A DNA stretch of 64,000 nt from assembly GCA_963737905.1 (NCBI GenBank), contig CAVTUQ010000012.1, positions 32,001-96,000 of the forward strand, written 5' to 3'. Source of the stretch: an uncultured delta proteobacterium (GTDB lineage: Bacteria; Desulfobacterota; Binatia; UBA9968). The position numbers and the translations under genes were made by a program. Each line of letters starts with the position of its first letter. Position 1 is the stretch's first letter. This document shows, piece after piece, positions 20,092-31,565 of the stretch. The notes beneath the pieces are model-generated. The model ran no database searches. It was not told the DNA's origin and saw only the letters and a list, made by a program, of their open reading frames with translations.

Positions 20092-22838
20092 TCATTTTTT
20101 TGGTTTTTCTAAAGGCTCAACCCGAATTCGCGCATCGACAACGGAACAACCCTGTCCCGGTGACAGGGCAAATACGGGATTAAGATCTAACTCAGAGATT
20201 TCGGGGACTTCTTCAACCAGGCGAGCGATTCGGAGCAATAGTTCTTCGATGGCCCCGATGTCCGCAGGCGGGTGACCGCGATACCCCTCCAAGAGAGGAT
20301 AGCCGCGGATGCTGCAGACCATTTCCTTGGCGTCCTGATCCGTGATAGGGGTGACGCGAAAGCATACATCGCGCAGAATCTCTACATGAATACCGCCCAG
20401 CCCGAAACCTATCAGCGGCCCGAACGAGGGATCCTGGGTAATCCCGATCATAAGCTCCACACCATCTGAGATCATGGGTTGCACCAAGACACCATCCATG
20501 ACGCCCACGCCCTTCACTTTTGCAAGCCGCTCTTGAATGGTTGCAAAGGCCAGGCGTACCGCCGCTTCATTCTCTAGATTCAGTTGAACGCCGCCAATCT
20601 CCGTTTTATGAAGGACACGGCTGGAAGCCAATTTTACCGCTACAGGGAAACCTATCTCCTTCGCTGCTTTCGCAGCTTCATCGGCCGTACGACAAACAGC
20701 AGTCTGAGGTAACGATACGGCGAATGCTGCAAGAACAGTACGAATCTCTTCAGCGGATAGCCAGCATGCTCCGCCTCGATGAAGAGCGCTCTGGCAAAGA
20801 AAACGCGCAGAGTTCGGCTGAATGTCGTCGAATTCGGGGATCACGCCCTCGGATTTGTTGCGCCACTCAGCGTAGGTCGCCATCTTGCTCAACACCCGTG
20901 CTGGAGTTTCGGGAAACGCGAAATTCGGTATTCGTTCGCCGTCGATGGCCAGTGGTTTTGTTGGCACCGCAGATGCCATGATGCAGGTGTAGACGGGTTT
21001 CATCATCTTTGCTCTCTTGCGGGCCATGGCGACTCCGGTCGTGATACCTCGGACAATCGCCTTCGGATCCGTAAGAGCTACATCGATGTACAATACAATA
21101 AGGGCGTCGATCTCATCGCAAGAGAGTAGAACCTCAATTGCTTTATGAAAGTGATCCGGGCCGGCAGATGCAATCATATCTACCGGATTCATCACACTCG
21201 CGGCCGCGGGCAGGAATTGGCGCAGAACGGTTTTTGTTCTATCCCCGAGTTCGGGCACGCTGAGACCACCCGCTTCACAGCTATCGGCGCACAGAATGCC
21301 AAGCCCGCCCGCATTCGTGAGAATCGCAACACGCCGCCCTCGCGGCAGAAGTTGCTGGTCGAGTGCAGTGGCAAGATCAAACATCTCATCCAGTGTTTCG
21401 GCCCGAATAACGCCGGTTTGGTGAAATAGCGCATCCACAGCCACATCGCTAGCGGCCAACGCCGCAGTATGGGAACCGGCGGCCCGCCGCCCTGCGCCGG
21501 TGCGCCCGGCTTTAACGGCCACGATCGGCTTACGATGAGCGACGCGCTTGGCGATTCGGGCAAATCGCCTCGGGTTACCAAAAGATTCGAGATAGAGGAG
21601 AATGACACCCGTCTGCGGATCTTCTTCCCAATACTGCAACAAGTCGTTGCCCGAAACGTCTGATTTGTTGCCCACGCTGATGAAGTGGGACACGCCCAGT
21701 TCGTGCTCGCCGGATAAAGAAAGAATAGCGAGCCCGAGGGCACCGCTCTGGGATGAAAACGCGATGCGACCCGAACGTGGAAAAAAAGCAGAAAAAGAAG
21801 CATTCAAGTTGACAGCAGGGTCAGTATTGATCAGGCCTAGGCAGTTCGGTCCCACGATGCGCATACCGTAGCCGCGAACTTTCTCAACAAGCTTGCGCTG
21901 CAGTTTACTGCCTTCAACTCCGGTCTCTGCAAAGCCTGCTGTGACGACGACAACAGCTTTGACCCCTCGTGTCGCGCAATCGTCGATGACCGGAAGCACG
22001 GCGTCTCGTGGCACTGTAATAACCGCAAGATCGGGTGCTTCAGGGAGAACGGCCACCGACCGATACGCGGTGAGCGAAGCGATTGAACTGGCGTGGGGGT
22101 TGATCGGGTAAATTGCACCGCGAAAACCAGCGGCAATCAGCGCCTGCAGGACTCGACTGCCGACGCTGTCGGGATTGCGCGAGGCTCCCACGACAGCAAC
22201 GGCCCGGGGATGAAAAAAAGGGTGTAGAGAGGCGACGGTTGAGATGCGATCGCGGATCTCGGCGCGTGCGACGCTGGCCTCAGTCGGAAGAACGGAAAAA
22301 TCAATTTCGACGTAATTGTTGTCGGCGTGGCTATGACATTCAAATCCTGAGTTTCGGAACACATCCAACATGAGCTGGTTCTCCGCCATCGTGACCGCCC
22401 AGAAACGACGCAGTCCGTTAGATGCAGCTAAAAGGGACAATCGTTCGAGTAGAAGTGTGCCGATACCTTTCCCTTGAAATTCGTCATCGACTGCCATGGC
22501 GATTTCGGCTGTTGTTTCGTTCACTGCCGCATAGTTTCCCGTAGCGATGATTCGAGGGCTGTTTCCGGATGCGCGGGTGACCACAAGGCTGAGTCGTTTG
22601 TGCGGGTCAGAATCATCACAAAAGCCATCGATCATTTTAGCGTTTGGTCTCGCCAGCCCGAAGAAGCGATAGTGCTTGGAGCTTTAGAGAGAGAGACGAA
22701 AAATTTTGTCATCGCGCTTCTGTCTGACGGATGAGCGATGTGGATCGCCGCGGTCGTTCCATCGCGCAATATGAGTCGCCCTGCGTCAGGCGAGTCCTGA
22801 TATGGCAGCGGTAGATACCGTGAACGAACGGAAGCCAC
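20092..22838 (-). CDS. GNAT + NDP-forming acyl-CoA synthetase fusion (Pat-like protein lysine acetyltransferase; frameshift ~22680)
   Basis: LRDG, QGKGIGTLLL, VAVVGASR, GPNCLG, SQSGALG, SHTAALA, ELDLNPV. Confidence 0.9.
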
Positions 22839-23040
22839 GATTTTTCCTAGGCCTTTCCTCTACCATTTGCAACCAGGTCCCTTCGGAATTCTCATCGCAA
22901 TGCAGACCTGAAATTTCCACAACACTTGTTACGATCAGCGCATTCTTAAACGTAGGAAACTTTCGCGGCGGCTTTTGCAGCGGTGCGAAGGAAACCGCTC
23001 CAGGATTTAGAAAAGGCAGCGAAATCCGCACACCGAGCCG

Positions 23041-23056
23041 CGGCACGGCGGTTGCG
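23041..23056 (+). promoter_or_regulatory. Sigma-54 promoter motif
   Basis: CGGCAC-GGCGG-TTGCG upstream of RBS ggagg and ATG 23092. Confidence 0.6.
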
Positions 23057-23091
23057 TTATAGGCAAAGCAGAACCGCTTGGGGAGGTATTT

Positions 23092-24584
23092 ATGAGCAAG
23101 ACGATGACAACAAAGGTGGAACATCTCGGAGCCGGAGTTCTGACGCTACCGAAGAAAGAAGCGCACCCGCTGGGCAATTACTGGAAGGCGTTAGTGCCGA
23201 TTGTGGTGGGAGTGGTGCTGCTACTGCTGCCGATACCCGAAGGTCTGAAACCGAATGCCTGGTACTACTTCGCGCTATTCGTGGCGGTCATCATCGCGTT
23301 GATTCTTGAACCGATTCCGGCGGCGGCAGTGGGACTGATCGGTGTTACCGCTGCCACGGTTTCGCTACTAGTGGTTCCCAAACCTGCCGATGCCATCAAG
23401 TGGGCGCTCTCGGGATTCCAGGACGGCACCGTCTGGTTGATCTTCGTCGCTTTCATGTTTGCCTTGGGCTATGAGAAGACCGGGTTAGGTCGCCGCGTTG
23501 CGCTGAGCCTGGTGAAAAGGTTGGGCAAGAAAACTCTTGGCCTTGGTTACGCAGTCGCCTTGGCGGATCTCGTCCTGGCTCCCTTTACTCCGTCCAATAC
23601 GGCTCGCAGCGGCGGGACGATTTTTCCAGTGATCAAAAATATTCCGCCGCTCTACGGCTCCGAGCCGGGACCGACGGCGCGTAAGATCGGTTCTTACATC
23701 ATGTGGACCGCCTTTGCGACCACGTGCTTAACCAGTGCTATGTTCTTGACTGCTTTGGCCCCCAACCTTTTGGCGTTGTCGCTGGTCAGAACGATAGCGA
23801 AGGTCGATATTAGCTGGACCGACTGGTTCATGGGTATCATGCCGGTGGGCGTGCTGTTGTTCGTCTTATTGCCGCTGATCGTTTACAAGATCTATCCGCC
23901 GGAGCTCAAGAGCAGTCCCGATGTGCCAATCTGGGCGGCAGAAGAACTCAAAAAAATGGGCCGGCTCAGCGTAAGAGAGATTTCGATGGCGCTGCTGGCG
24001 TTGCTCGCCCTCGGCCTCTGGATCTTCGGCGGCGACTTAATCAACGCAACCACCGTCGCGCTGTTGGTGTTGTCGTTGATGGTCATGACAAGGATCGTCG
24101 AATGGGACGACGTGCTCGCGCATAAACAGGCCTGGAACGTGCTCGTTTGGTTCGCCACCCTGGTCACCATGGCGGACGGTCTGAACAAGGTCGGCTTTCT
24201 CAAATGGTTCGCCGGCGGCGCGGCGGGCGCGCTGAGCGGTTACTCCGTGATGACGATCGTCGTGGCGCTCACCGTCGTCTACTTCGTCGTGCACTATATG
24301 TTCGCGAGCCTCACTGCTCACACCACGGCGTTGCTGCCGGTTCTCTTGACGGCTGCGATTGCCGTGCCGGAAATGCCGGTCAAGCTGATCGCGCTGCTGT
24401 TCTGCTATACGCTCGGTTTGATGGGCATCATCTCGCCCTATGCTACCGGTCCCGGCCCGATCTATTACGGAAGCGGTATATTAGCCGGAAAGATTTCTGG
24501 ACTCTTAGTTTGATTTTCGGAGCGATTTACCTGGCGGTGCTGCTGCTGGTCGGCGTGCCCTATCTCCGCTTCTTCCTGGGCTAA
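23092..24584 (+). CDS. DASS family di/tricarboxylate transporter (CitT/TtdT-like; frameshift ~24478)
   Basis: KTGLGRR, PSNTARSGG, MFLTALAPN, HYMFASLTAH, PYATGP. Confidence 0.92.
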
Positions 24585-24691
24585 GAGTGGGACGATTTTT
24601 GGAGGCGGAGCTCGCGAATATTAGCCGCGAGTTCCGCCCCAACCTGTGCAATCTCCTTGAACCGGAACTCGATCACCTTTACATTGCGCGC

Positions 24692-25939
24692 ATGGAACTC
24701 CTTCAGCGACTCGGGTTGGCGCTTGTCATCGGCTTATTGATTGGCGCGGAACGAGGATGGCAGGAGCGCTCTGCCATCGAGGGAGAGCGAGTTGCGGGGA
24801 TCCGCACCTTCGGGCTTCTCGATTTGTTGGGCGGCCTGTGGGCGCTTCTAGCCAAGAACTGGGAACTATTCTTCTCGGGTTTTCTTTTCTCGCCGTGACA
24901 CTGCTGATGATCGTTGCCCATTTTCTGGATGTCCGTGCGGATCGAGATGTTGAAAACACAGACAGTCAAAGCGGGATTGCTGACCTTTGTCTGGAAGATA
25001 CGCCGTGAAAGGTCACGAAGCCCTGGCGGCTGCCGGAGCCATAATTACAGCGGTCATTTTGAGTCTAAAGTCTTTTCTTCACGGATGGCTCAAGAAGCTG
25101 GAAGAAAGCGAGCTATTTGCAGCCCTCAAGCTCCTCCTGATTTCAGTCGTGATCTTGCCTTGGTTGCCGGATCGCGGTTACGGCCCCTGGAACGCTGTCA
25201 ACCCTTACGAAATTTGGTGGTTTGTCGACTTGGTCGCCGGAATCTCGTTTGCAGGATACGTCGCTATAAAGTTGCCGGCGCGAGGAGAGGAATTCTATTG
25301 ACGGGTGTGCTTGGTGGCATGGTTTCCTCGACGGCGGTTACGCTGAACTTCGCGCGGCTAGCTGAGAAAGAGAACATCCGACCCCTGTTATGTGCCGGCA
25401 TGCTGTTGGCCGCGGCTGTGATGTTTCCTCGCATCGTGTTCGAGGTAGCTGTCGTAAACCCTCAGCTTCTTGGATCCCTCGCGCCGATCTTAAGTCTCAT
25501 GACGCTGACGATGCTTGGGGGTGCCGTGTGGTTTTGGCGTCAGTATCATGGTGACTCGGCAAGCACAGAACTATCAATCCGCAACCCCGTGGAACTTCTG
25601 CCGGCTCTCCAATTCGGCTTATTTTTGGCGTTTATTCTCTTGCTGGGTAAGGGTCTGGTTTCCTGGGTGGGAGAAGCCGGAATATACGCATTAGCGGCCC
25701 TCTCCGGCCTCGCCGACGTGGATGCGATCACCCTATCCGTGTCGCGCATGGCGAAAGATAGCCTGTCGAGTCAGACCGCGGTCAATGCAATTGTCCTGGC
25801 ATCTATGGTGAACAGTTTAACCAAGGGTGTCCTGGCTATGGTTGTTGCCGGTAGTAAGACCGGGCTGAAGATTCTGATTCCTATGCTCGGAGCAGCGATC
25901 CTCGGAGCATTAGGTATTGCCTGGAGAGTGCATGAATAG
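24692..25939 (+). CDS. MgtC/SapB + DUF4010 membrane protein (several frameshifts)
   Basis: GLLIGAERGW, AGIRTF, GGMVSSTAVT, SGLADVDAITLS. Confidence 0.85.
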
Positions 25940-26068
25940 GGAAGAGCTCAAAGGGGTACTGAGGAAAGTGACTTGACATCACTTTGGGTGATTGGGTCGA
26001 TAACCTAATGGCCAAAGACTAGTCGGTTTCTTGACAAGGATTTGCATCCTTAAGGCTGTCTGTCAAGT

Positions 26069-27271
26069 CTAAATATTGATCCGGAAGCCATCTTTGCGCA
26101 GCCCTTCACGTAACCGTGCTATATGATCCGGGCCGGTTGTTTCGAGGATTAATTCGACTTCGGTCTCGTTGATCGCAACTTCCCCGAAACCCCGGGTCTG
26201 GCCGATTTGCAGAATATTGACACCCAGCTCTGCGATCCGGTGGGTGAGTCGTGCAAGCGCGCCCGGTCGGTCGGAAATTACAACGGAAAGTCTGCTCAGT
26301 CGCCCGTCTTGGATGAGGCCTTTTTCAATAATACGAGAAATCAAATTCATATCGATGTTGCCGCCGGAAATGACGACCCCGACGTTGCGGTTGGCCAGAG
26401 CGGTCTTCTTGCTAATGACCGCTGCGAGGGAGGCGGCCGCAGCTCCCTCCGCAACCGTCTTTTCGGTTTCCAAAAGCAACAGAACAGCGTTGGCTATTTC
26501 GCCTTCGCTCACCGTGACGATCTCGTCGATGTAATTTTTTGCCAATGCGAAGGGCGTTTCTCCGACTTCACGGACGGCGATGCCGTCTGCTATAGTCATC
26601 GCGGGTGGAAGACGAATTGGATGCCCTTTTTCCAAAGCCGCTTTCATGGATGGGACGGCTTCTGCTTGAACGCCGATGATTTGAATCTTCGGATTGAGCG
26701 TTTTGAGGACGAGACCGATGCCCGCAATCAATCCACCCCCGCCCACGGGCACCACAACCGCATCCAAGTCTGGATTTTGTTCGTAGAGTTCCAGCCCGAT
26801 GGTTCCCTGGCCCGCAACGACCCAGGGATCGTTGAAGGCGTGAATGAAGGTGAGTCCTTTTTCTTGGGCGAGGCGATGCGCTTCTGTGAAAGCAGCGTCA
26901 TAGTCGGTGCCGTGGAGCACGGTTTGGGCGCCATCATGCCGAACACGACTGACCTTGATGAGAGGAGCGTGAAGCGGCATGACAATCGTGGCCGAGATAT
27001 TTAGCCGCTGGCTGTGGAAAGCCAAGGCCATGCCGTGATTGCCGGCACTGGCGGCGATGACGCCACGCTTCGCTTCGTCTGGTGTCAACGTGAGTAGCCG
27101 ATTGAGCGCTCCGCGTTCCTTAAAGGAACCCGTCATCTGGAGATTCTCCAGCTTAAAAAAAACCCGATTTCCGGTCAATCGGCTGATGGTTTCTGAACAG
27201 GGAAAGGGCGAGAAATAGATTCGGTTTTGTATGCGTTCGCGCGCTTCTTCGACATCGACAAAGGTGATCAT
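26069..27271 (-). CDS. ilvA: Threonine ammonia-lyase with ACT domain
   Basis: KLENLQMTGSFKERGA, SAGNH, PVGGGGL, SGGNID, DRPGAL. Confidence 0.93.
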   Translation of the reverse strand: MITFVDVEEARERIQNRIYFSPFPCSETISRLTGNRVFFKLENLQMTGSFKERGALNRLLTLTPDEAKRGVIAASAGNHGMALAFHSQRLNISATIVMPLHAPLIKVSRVRHDGAQTVLHGTDYDAAFTEAHRLAQEKGLTFIHAFNDPWVVAGQGTIGLELYEQNPDLDAVVVPVGGGGLIAGIGLVLKTLNPKIQIIGVQAEAVPSMKAALEKGHPIRLPPAMTIADGIAVREVGETPFALAKNYIDEIVTVSEGEIANAVLLLLETEKTVAEGAAAASLAAVISKKTALANRNVGVVISGGNIDMNLISRIIEKGLIQDGRLSRLSVVISDRPGALARLTHRIAELGVNILQIGQTRGFGEVAINETEVELILETTGPDHIARLREGLRKDGFRINI

Positions 27272-27419
27272 GGTAAGGCAAGGTTAGAATGAATAACCGG
27301 GCACATGCAAACGGGTTCACCGGAATTTGATTTGACTTGGAGAGAATGTCTGTGGCAAGGAGAATGCTCGAAGACGAAGCGCAGATTTTGTTACCGCTGC
27401 TTATTAGACCGTATTGCTA

Positions 27420-28547
27420 ATGAAAGCTCAACAAAACACCGCTCAATCGGATGTTGCTCGCTATCAACAGAACTATCTCGTGGAGATGGATGGCATTGCG
27501 CTCTACCGTTCGATGGCCTCCGCCGAGAAGGATCAAAAGCGGGCGGCGATCTTTAAAAAACTTGCCGAAAACGAGGAACGCCACGCCCAACGCTGGGCGC
27601 GGCTGATTCAGTCGGCGGGCGGCATCGTGCCGAATTACCGTCCGAGCCTGCGGGTGCGCGCGCTGGGATGGCTGGCCCGCAGCTTCGGTACGCACCGGGT
27701 GGTTCCGATCATCAGCAGTTTGGAAGCGCGTGACGAGGCTGGCTATATGCATCAGCCGGAGGCAGAGGGTTTGCCCGCCGAAGAGCGGGCGCATAGCCGT
27801 ACGTTGTGGGCCATGTCGGGAGGCTCGTCCGGGCCTGCCTCTATCATCGGCACAGAACGTTGGCACTTCACATCGCGCGGCGGCAGCCTGCGCGCAGCCG
27901 TGTTCGGCATCAACGATGGTTTGGTGTCCAATTTCAGTCTGGTCATGGGCTTCGCCGGCGCGGAGGCAAAACCTGAATATGTGCTGCTCGCAGGCGTGGC
28001 GGGACTTCTTGCGGGTTCCTTCTCGATGGCCGCTGGGGAGTATGTCTCGATGCGGGCGCAACGGGAGTTGTTCGAGCAGCAGATCGCCATGGAGCAACAG
28101 GAGCTGGAGATGTCTCCCAAGGAAGAGGAAGAGGAGCTCTCGTTGATTTATCAGGCCAAAGGGATACCGGAAAAGGATGCAGCGTTGTTGGCTCGCCGCA
28201 TCGTCGAAAACCCGAAGACGGCCATCGATACCCTGGCGCGCGAGGAGTTGGGTTTAGATCCTTCCCAACTCGGCTCCCCATGGAGCGCGTCCGCAAGTTC
28301 TTTTGTGGCTTTCGTTGCCGGTGCCCTTGTCCCGGTGCTCCCTTATCTGTTCGTTGCCGGGCAAGCGGCATGGATCGCCAGCGCCGTGTTCAGTTGCCTT
28401 GCGCTGTTTGGAATCGGAGCCCTCCTTTCGATCTTTACCGCTCGCGGTCCGTTGCTGAGCGGTCTCAGGATGTTGCTGATCGGATTGCTGGCCTCCGGGA
28501 TTACTTACACGGTCGGCTGGTTGTTAGGGGTGTCCGTTGCTGGTTGA
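27420..28547 (+). CDS. Rubrerythrin-like + VIT1/CCC1 metal transporter
   Basis: EERHA, LRAAVFGINDGLVSN, SMAAGEYVS, REELG. Confidence 0.9.
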   Translation: MKAQQNTAQSDVARYQQNYLVEMDGIALYRSMASAEKDQKRAAIFKKLAENEERHAQRWARLIQSAGGIVPNYRPSLRVRALGWLARSFGTHRVVPIISSLEARDEAGYMHQPEAEGLPAEERAHSRTLWAMSGGSSGPASIIGTERWHFTSRGGSLRAAVFGINDGLVSNFSLVMGFAGAEAKPEYVLLAGVAGLLAGSFSMAAGEYVSMRAQRELFEQQIAMEQQELEMSPKEEEEELSLIYQAKGIPEKDAALLARRIVENPKTAIDTLAREELGLDPSQLGSPWSASASSFVAFVAGALVPVLPYLFVAGQAAWIASAVFSCLALFGIGALLSIFTARGPLLSGLRMLLIGLLASGITYTVGWLLGVSVAG

Positions 28548-28573
28548 GAGCTAAGCACTGGGCACGGTAGCGG

Positions 28574-30016
28574 TCATTGTGATTTTTTCTTTTGTAATAG
28601 AGCCCTCAGTTTCTTTCCGAAGTCGGCGTTGTCCTGATAGCCTTTGAACTTTTCCGCTCCGGCGCCGAGGGCGGCGACAAATACCGGTTGGTTAGTGTGG
28701 GCCGTGGTCAGCCAGTAGGCCTGGGTATTATTGGCAATCATCATTCCCAGAGCGCTGGTCGTCGGGTCGCTGAAACTGAAAATGGACCGTGAGATGGGTT
28801 GCCGTTTGATGATCGCCTCTTTGTAGTCGGGCGCGAGGGTAAAGCCTTTGAAATACTCTTTCATGAGGGCGTCGATGGCTTCACTGGTGGGATTCGGTCC
28901 AAGAATTCCAGAAGCCTTCTTCAGTGAGATAGGGATCGAATCGAGCTTCTTTAGGTCATCGACCGTTGCCGCCACCTGATTTGACAAGTTGGTGCTGCTG
29001 AGATCCTTTAAGGCCAGGGTGAAGCCGAGACCGCCGGTTTCATGATCCGAAGTTACGAGAATCAAGGTCTCACGCGGATGCTTCTGGTAGAACTCATAAG
29101 CGAGTCCCACCGCTCGATCGAACTCACGGTAGTCACGAATCATTGAGGCGATGTCGGTTTGGTGGGAGGCGGTGTCGACGTTCTCGTTCTCGATAAAAAC
29201 AAAGAAGCCATGGGGGTTGCCGTTGTTAAGCAGGCGAATTGCCGCCTGGGTCATGTCGTAGACGGATGGCTCCGACTCCTTGTTGCGGTCAATCTCGAAG
29301 CTCATATCGCCGAGACTGAAGAGTCCCAAAACTTTGCCGCGCTGCGCTCGCTCAAGCTCTTGCTTGTTTGAGACATAGAGATAGCCCTTGTTCACGAACT
29401 CCACGATCAGGTCTATCTCGTCCTTCCTGCGGCTCCCCGGTTGGCTGCTGGGTAGAAACTGTTCTTTGCCCCCTCCAAGAAGGAGTTCAGGTGCCAGTTC
29501 CAAATAGCGATTCAAAATTACCGGATAGTCTCGACGATTTGGGACGTGACTGACGAATGCGGCGGGACTGGCATCATAGATGGGTGCATTGGTCACGAGC
29601 CCCACACGCATACCATTTTCTTTGGCGATCTCCATGGCTGTTTTCGGAACCGATCCGTCCGCGCACATACCGAGAACCCCCAGTTTGGCCTTACAGCCGC
29701 TCGCCAATGCGGTTGCGGCTGCGGCCGAGTCCGTGGAAAGAGAATCGCTGGCGTCAGTGGTCACGAGTCCTAAGGTGCCTTCTTTCATGATCCTGTCGAC
29801 AATGACCAATCCTTCGTTGTGTAGGAGTCGATTGTATTGACGCGTGATTTCCATGTGCGTGGTGCCGGCGCCGTCGGCGAGAAAGAGAAAAATATATTTC
29901 GGCGCTACTGTGGAATTTGCTTCTCGCTGCGCTGCCCGGGGCGAGCCATCGATCCACAGCGGCGCCAGGATCAAGAGCGTTAAAACCAAGAGTCTGAACC
30001 GGTGATGTGTTTTCAT
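28574..30016 (-). CDS. Alkaline phosphatase (PhoA type)
   Basis: FLADGAG, TDSAAAATA, DTASH, VTSDHETGG; signal peptide. Confidence 0.9.
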   Translation of the reverse strand: MKTHHRFRLLVLTLLILAPLWIDGSPRAAQREANSTVAPKYIFLFLADGAGTTHMEITRQYNRLLHNEGLVIVDRIMKEGTLGLVTTDASDSLSTDSAAAATALASGCKAKLGVLGMCADGSVPKTAMEIAKENGMRVGLVTNAPIYDASPAAFVSHVPNRRDYPVILNRYLELAPELLLGGGKEQFLPSSQPGSRRKDEIDLIVEFVNKGYLYVSNKQELERAQRGKVLGLFSLGDMSFEIDRNKESEPSVYDMTQAAIRLLNNGNPHGFFVFIENENVDTASHQTDIASMIRDYREFDRAVGLAYEFYQKHPRETLILVTSDHETGGLGFTLALKDLSSTNLSNQVAATVDDLKKLDSIPISLKKASGILGPNPTSEAIDALMKEYFKGFTLAPDYKEAIIKRQPISRSIFSFSDPTTSALGMMIANNTQAYWLTTAHTNQPVFVAALGAGAEKFKGYQDNADFGKKLRALLQKKKSQ

Positions 30017-30038
30017 GGGTTCCCTTCTGCAAAAAGAA

Positions 30039-30734
30039 TTACGACGAGCCACGGCGAAATGCGAGCCATAAAGAAAGCGCCGTATAATAGGCCGGAAAAA
30101 CCAAAGATACAAATACGAGGGCGCGCGGCGGCTCAGGAAGAAGATAGATAATTCCGAGTACCGCCAAGCCCCAGAGGCTTCCCAGGCTGTTCGTTAAGAC
30201 GCGAAAGTGAGGGCTTCGACTGGGGTAGATGTATTTGATCGGAACGAAAACAAGGAGTGAGAAAAGGAGAATTGCAAAGGCATTGATCCAAGGAGGCGAT
30301 TGCAGGATATAAAAATAAAACACAATGATATTCCAGTAAGAGGGGAAACCGAGAAAAAAATTGTCGCTTGTTTTTGCTTGCTTTTGGCAGAAGCCATAGG
30401 CGCTGGCGAGCAGCGGGAGGCTTGAAAGCCATAGCGCGTCTTCTGCTGGGAGTAGATTGGCGTGAATAAAGAACCAGCAGGGAACAATGACGTAGTTCGC
30501 ATAATCGATGATGTCTTCCAGGCGGTCGCCGTCAAACCAGGGAAGGATTTGTTTAACTCGCGCGGCTCGCGCGAGGGTGCCGTCGGTGGCATCGATGACG
30601 ACGGCCAGAGACATGAGCCAAAAGGCTTCCTGAAACTTGAACTGTTCAATGAAAATGATTGTGACGAATGCGACAACGGCACCGAGCGCCGTATAGAAAT
30701 GTACCAGCCAGGCGAGCGCCAGCTTACCTGTCAT
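30039..30734 (-). CDS. pcs: CDP-alcohol phosphatidyltransferase (phosphatidylcholine synthase-like)
   Basis: AWLVHFYTA, DATDGTLAR, DIIDY, FLGFPSYWN. Confidence 0.8.
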   Translation of the reverse strand: MTGKLALAWLVHFYTALGAVVAFVTIIFIEQFKFQEAFWLMSLAVVIDATDGTLARAARVKQILPWFDGDRLEDIIDYANYVIVPCWFFIHANLLPAEDALWLSSLPLLASAYGFCQKQAKTSDNFFLGFPSYWNIIVFYFYILQSPPWINAFAILLFSLLVFVPIKYIYPSRSPHFRVLTNSLGSLWGLAVLGIIYLLPEPPRALVFVSLVFPAYYTALSLWLAFRRGSS

Positions 30735-30743
30735 CCACCTGAC

Positions 30744-31349
30744 TTAAGTCGCCGATGCGGCAAAGCTTGGCCGAGCTTTCAGGCGGGCAATCCAGGCGTG
30801 TATATTTTTATATTTCGGGTCGACCTGGACCTGTATTCGATCGAGGGTATCGATATTAGGAATGAAAGCGATATCGGCAAGGCTGAAGGGGCCAGCCAAA
30901 TATTCGCGGCCTTCGAGCTCCTTTTCAATGCGATCAAAGCATTCGGCAATTTTAGCCCTGGCCTGCTCTATGACCTTCGGGTCTCTTTCCGGTTCGGGTT
31001 TGCGAAGCTCGCGGTTGAGCTGTCCACTAGCAGGGTTGAAGTGGCTGTCCCGCAGATCTTCCATGAGGCGTGCTCGCGCGCGCCCCTCTGAATCTTTAGG
31101 CATCAAGGGCGGGTAAGGGTATTCGTCCTCGAGATATTCGTTGATAATGGTGGAATCGTAGACGACAAAGCCCTCGTCATCCAAGGCCGGCACCGTACCG
31201 AAGGGATGAATCTTGAGGTATTCTGGATTTTTTTGCTCTCTCTTGGAGAGGTCGATTGTGACGCGCTCGAACTCCAAACCTTTTTCCAGAAGAACGACTC
31301 TCACTTTTCGAGAATTGCTCGAAGCAGGGTAGGTGTATAATTTGATCAT
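30744..31349 (-). CDS. Glutathione S-transferase family protein
   Basis: SSNSRKV, HPFGTVPAL, DSTIINEYL, FSLADIA. Confidence 0.92.
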   Translation of the reverse strand: MIKLYTYPASSNSRKVRVVLLEKGLEFERVTIDLSKREQKNPEYLKIHPFGTVPALDDEGFVVYDSTIINEYLEDEYPYPPLMPKDSEGRARARLMEDLRDSHFNPASGQLNRELRKPEPERDPKVIEQARAKIAECFDRIEKELEGREYLAGPFSLADIAFIPNIDTLDRIQVQVDPKYKNIHAWIARLKARPSFAASAT

Positions 31350-31565
31350 CAGCAGCCATCCTCCTTAACGTGAAATCATTCTAGCACAAGGATAACGTCA
31401 CTGTGAACTATGAAATTTTCATTTTTTTTTCCATTAAAGGGAGGCTTGATCCTGTCCAGGCGCAAAGATGTGATCCGGCCCGCCGTCCCCGCCGTGGTGC
31501 TTTGATTTCGGAGATTAAGGACGGAAAAATGATTATTAAAAATATGGAACTGGGGGCGGGCGGGG

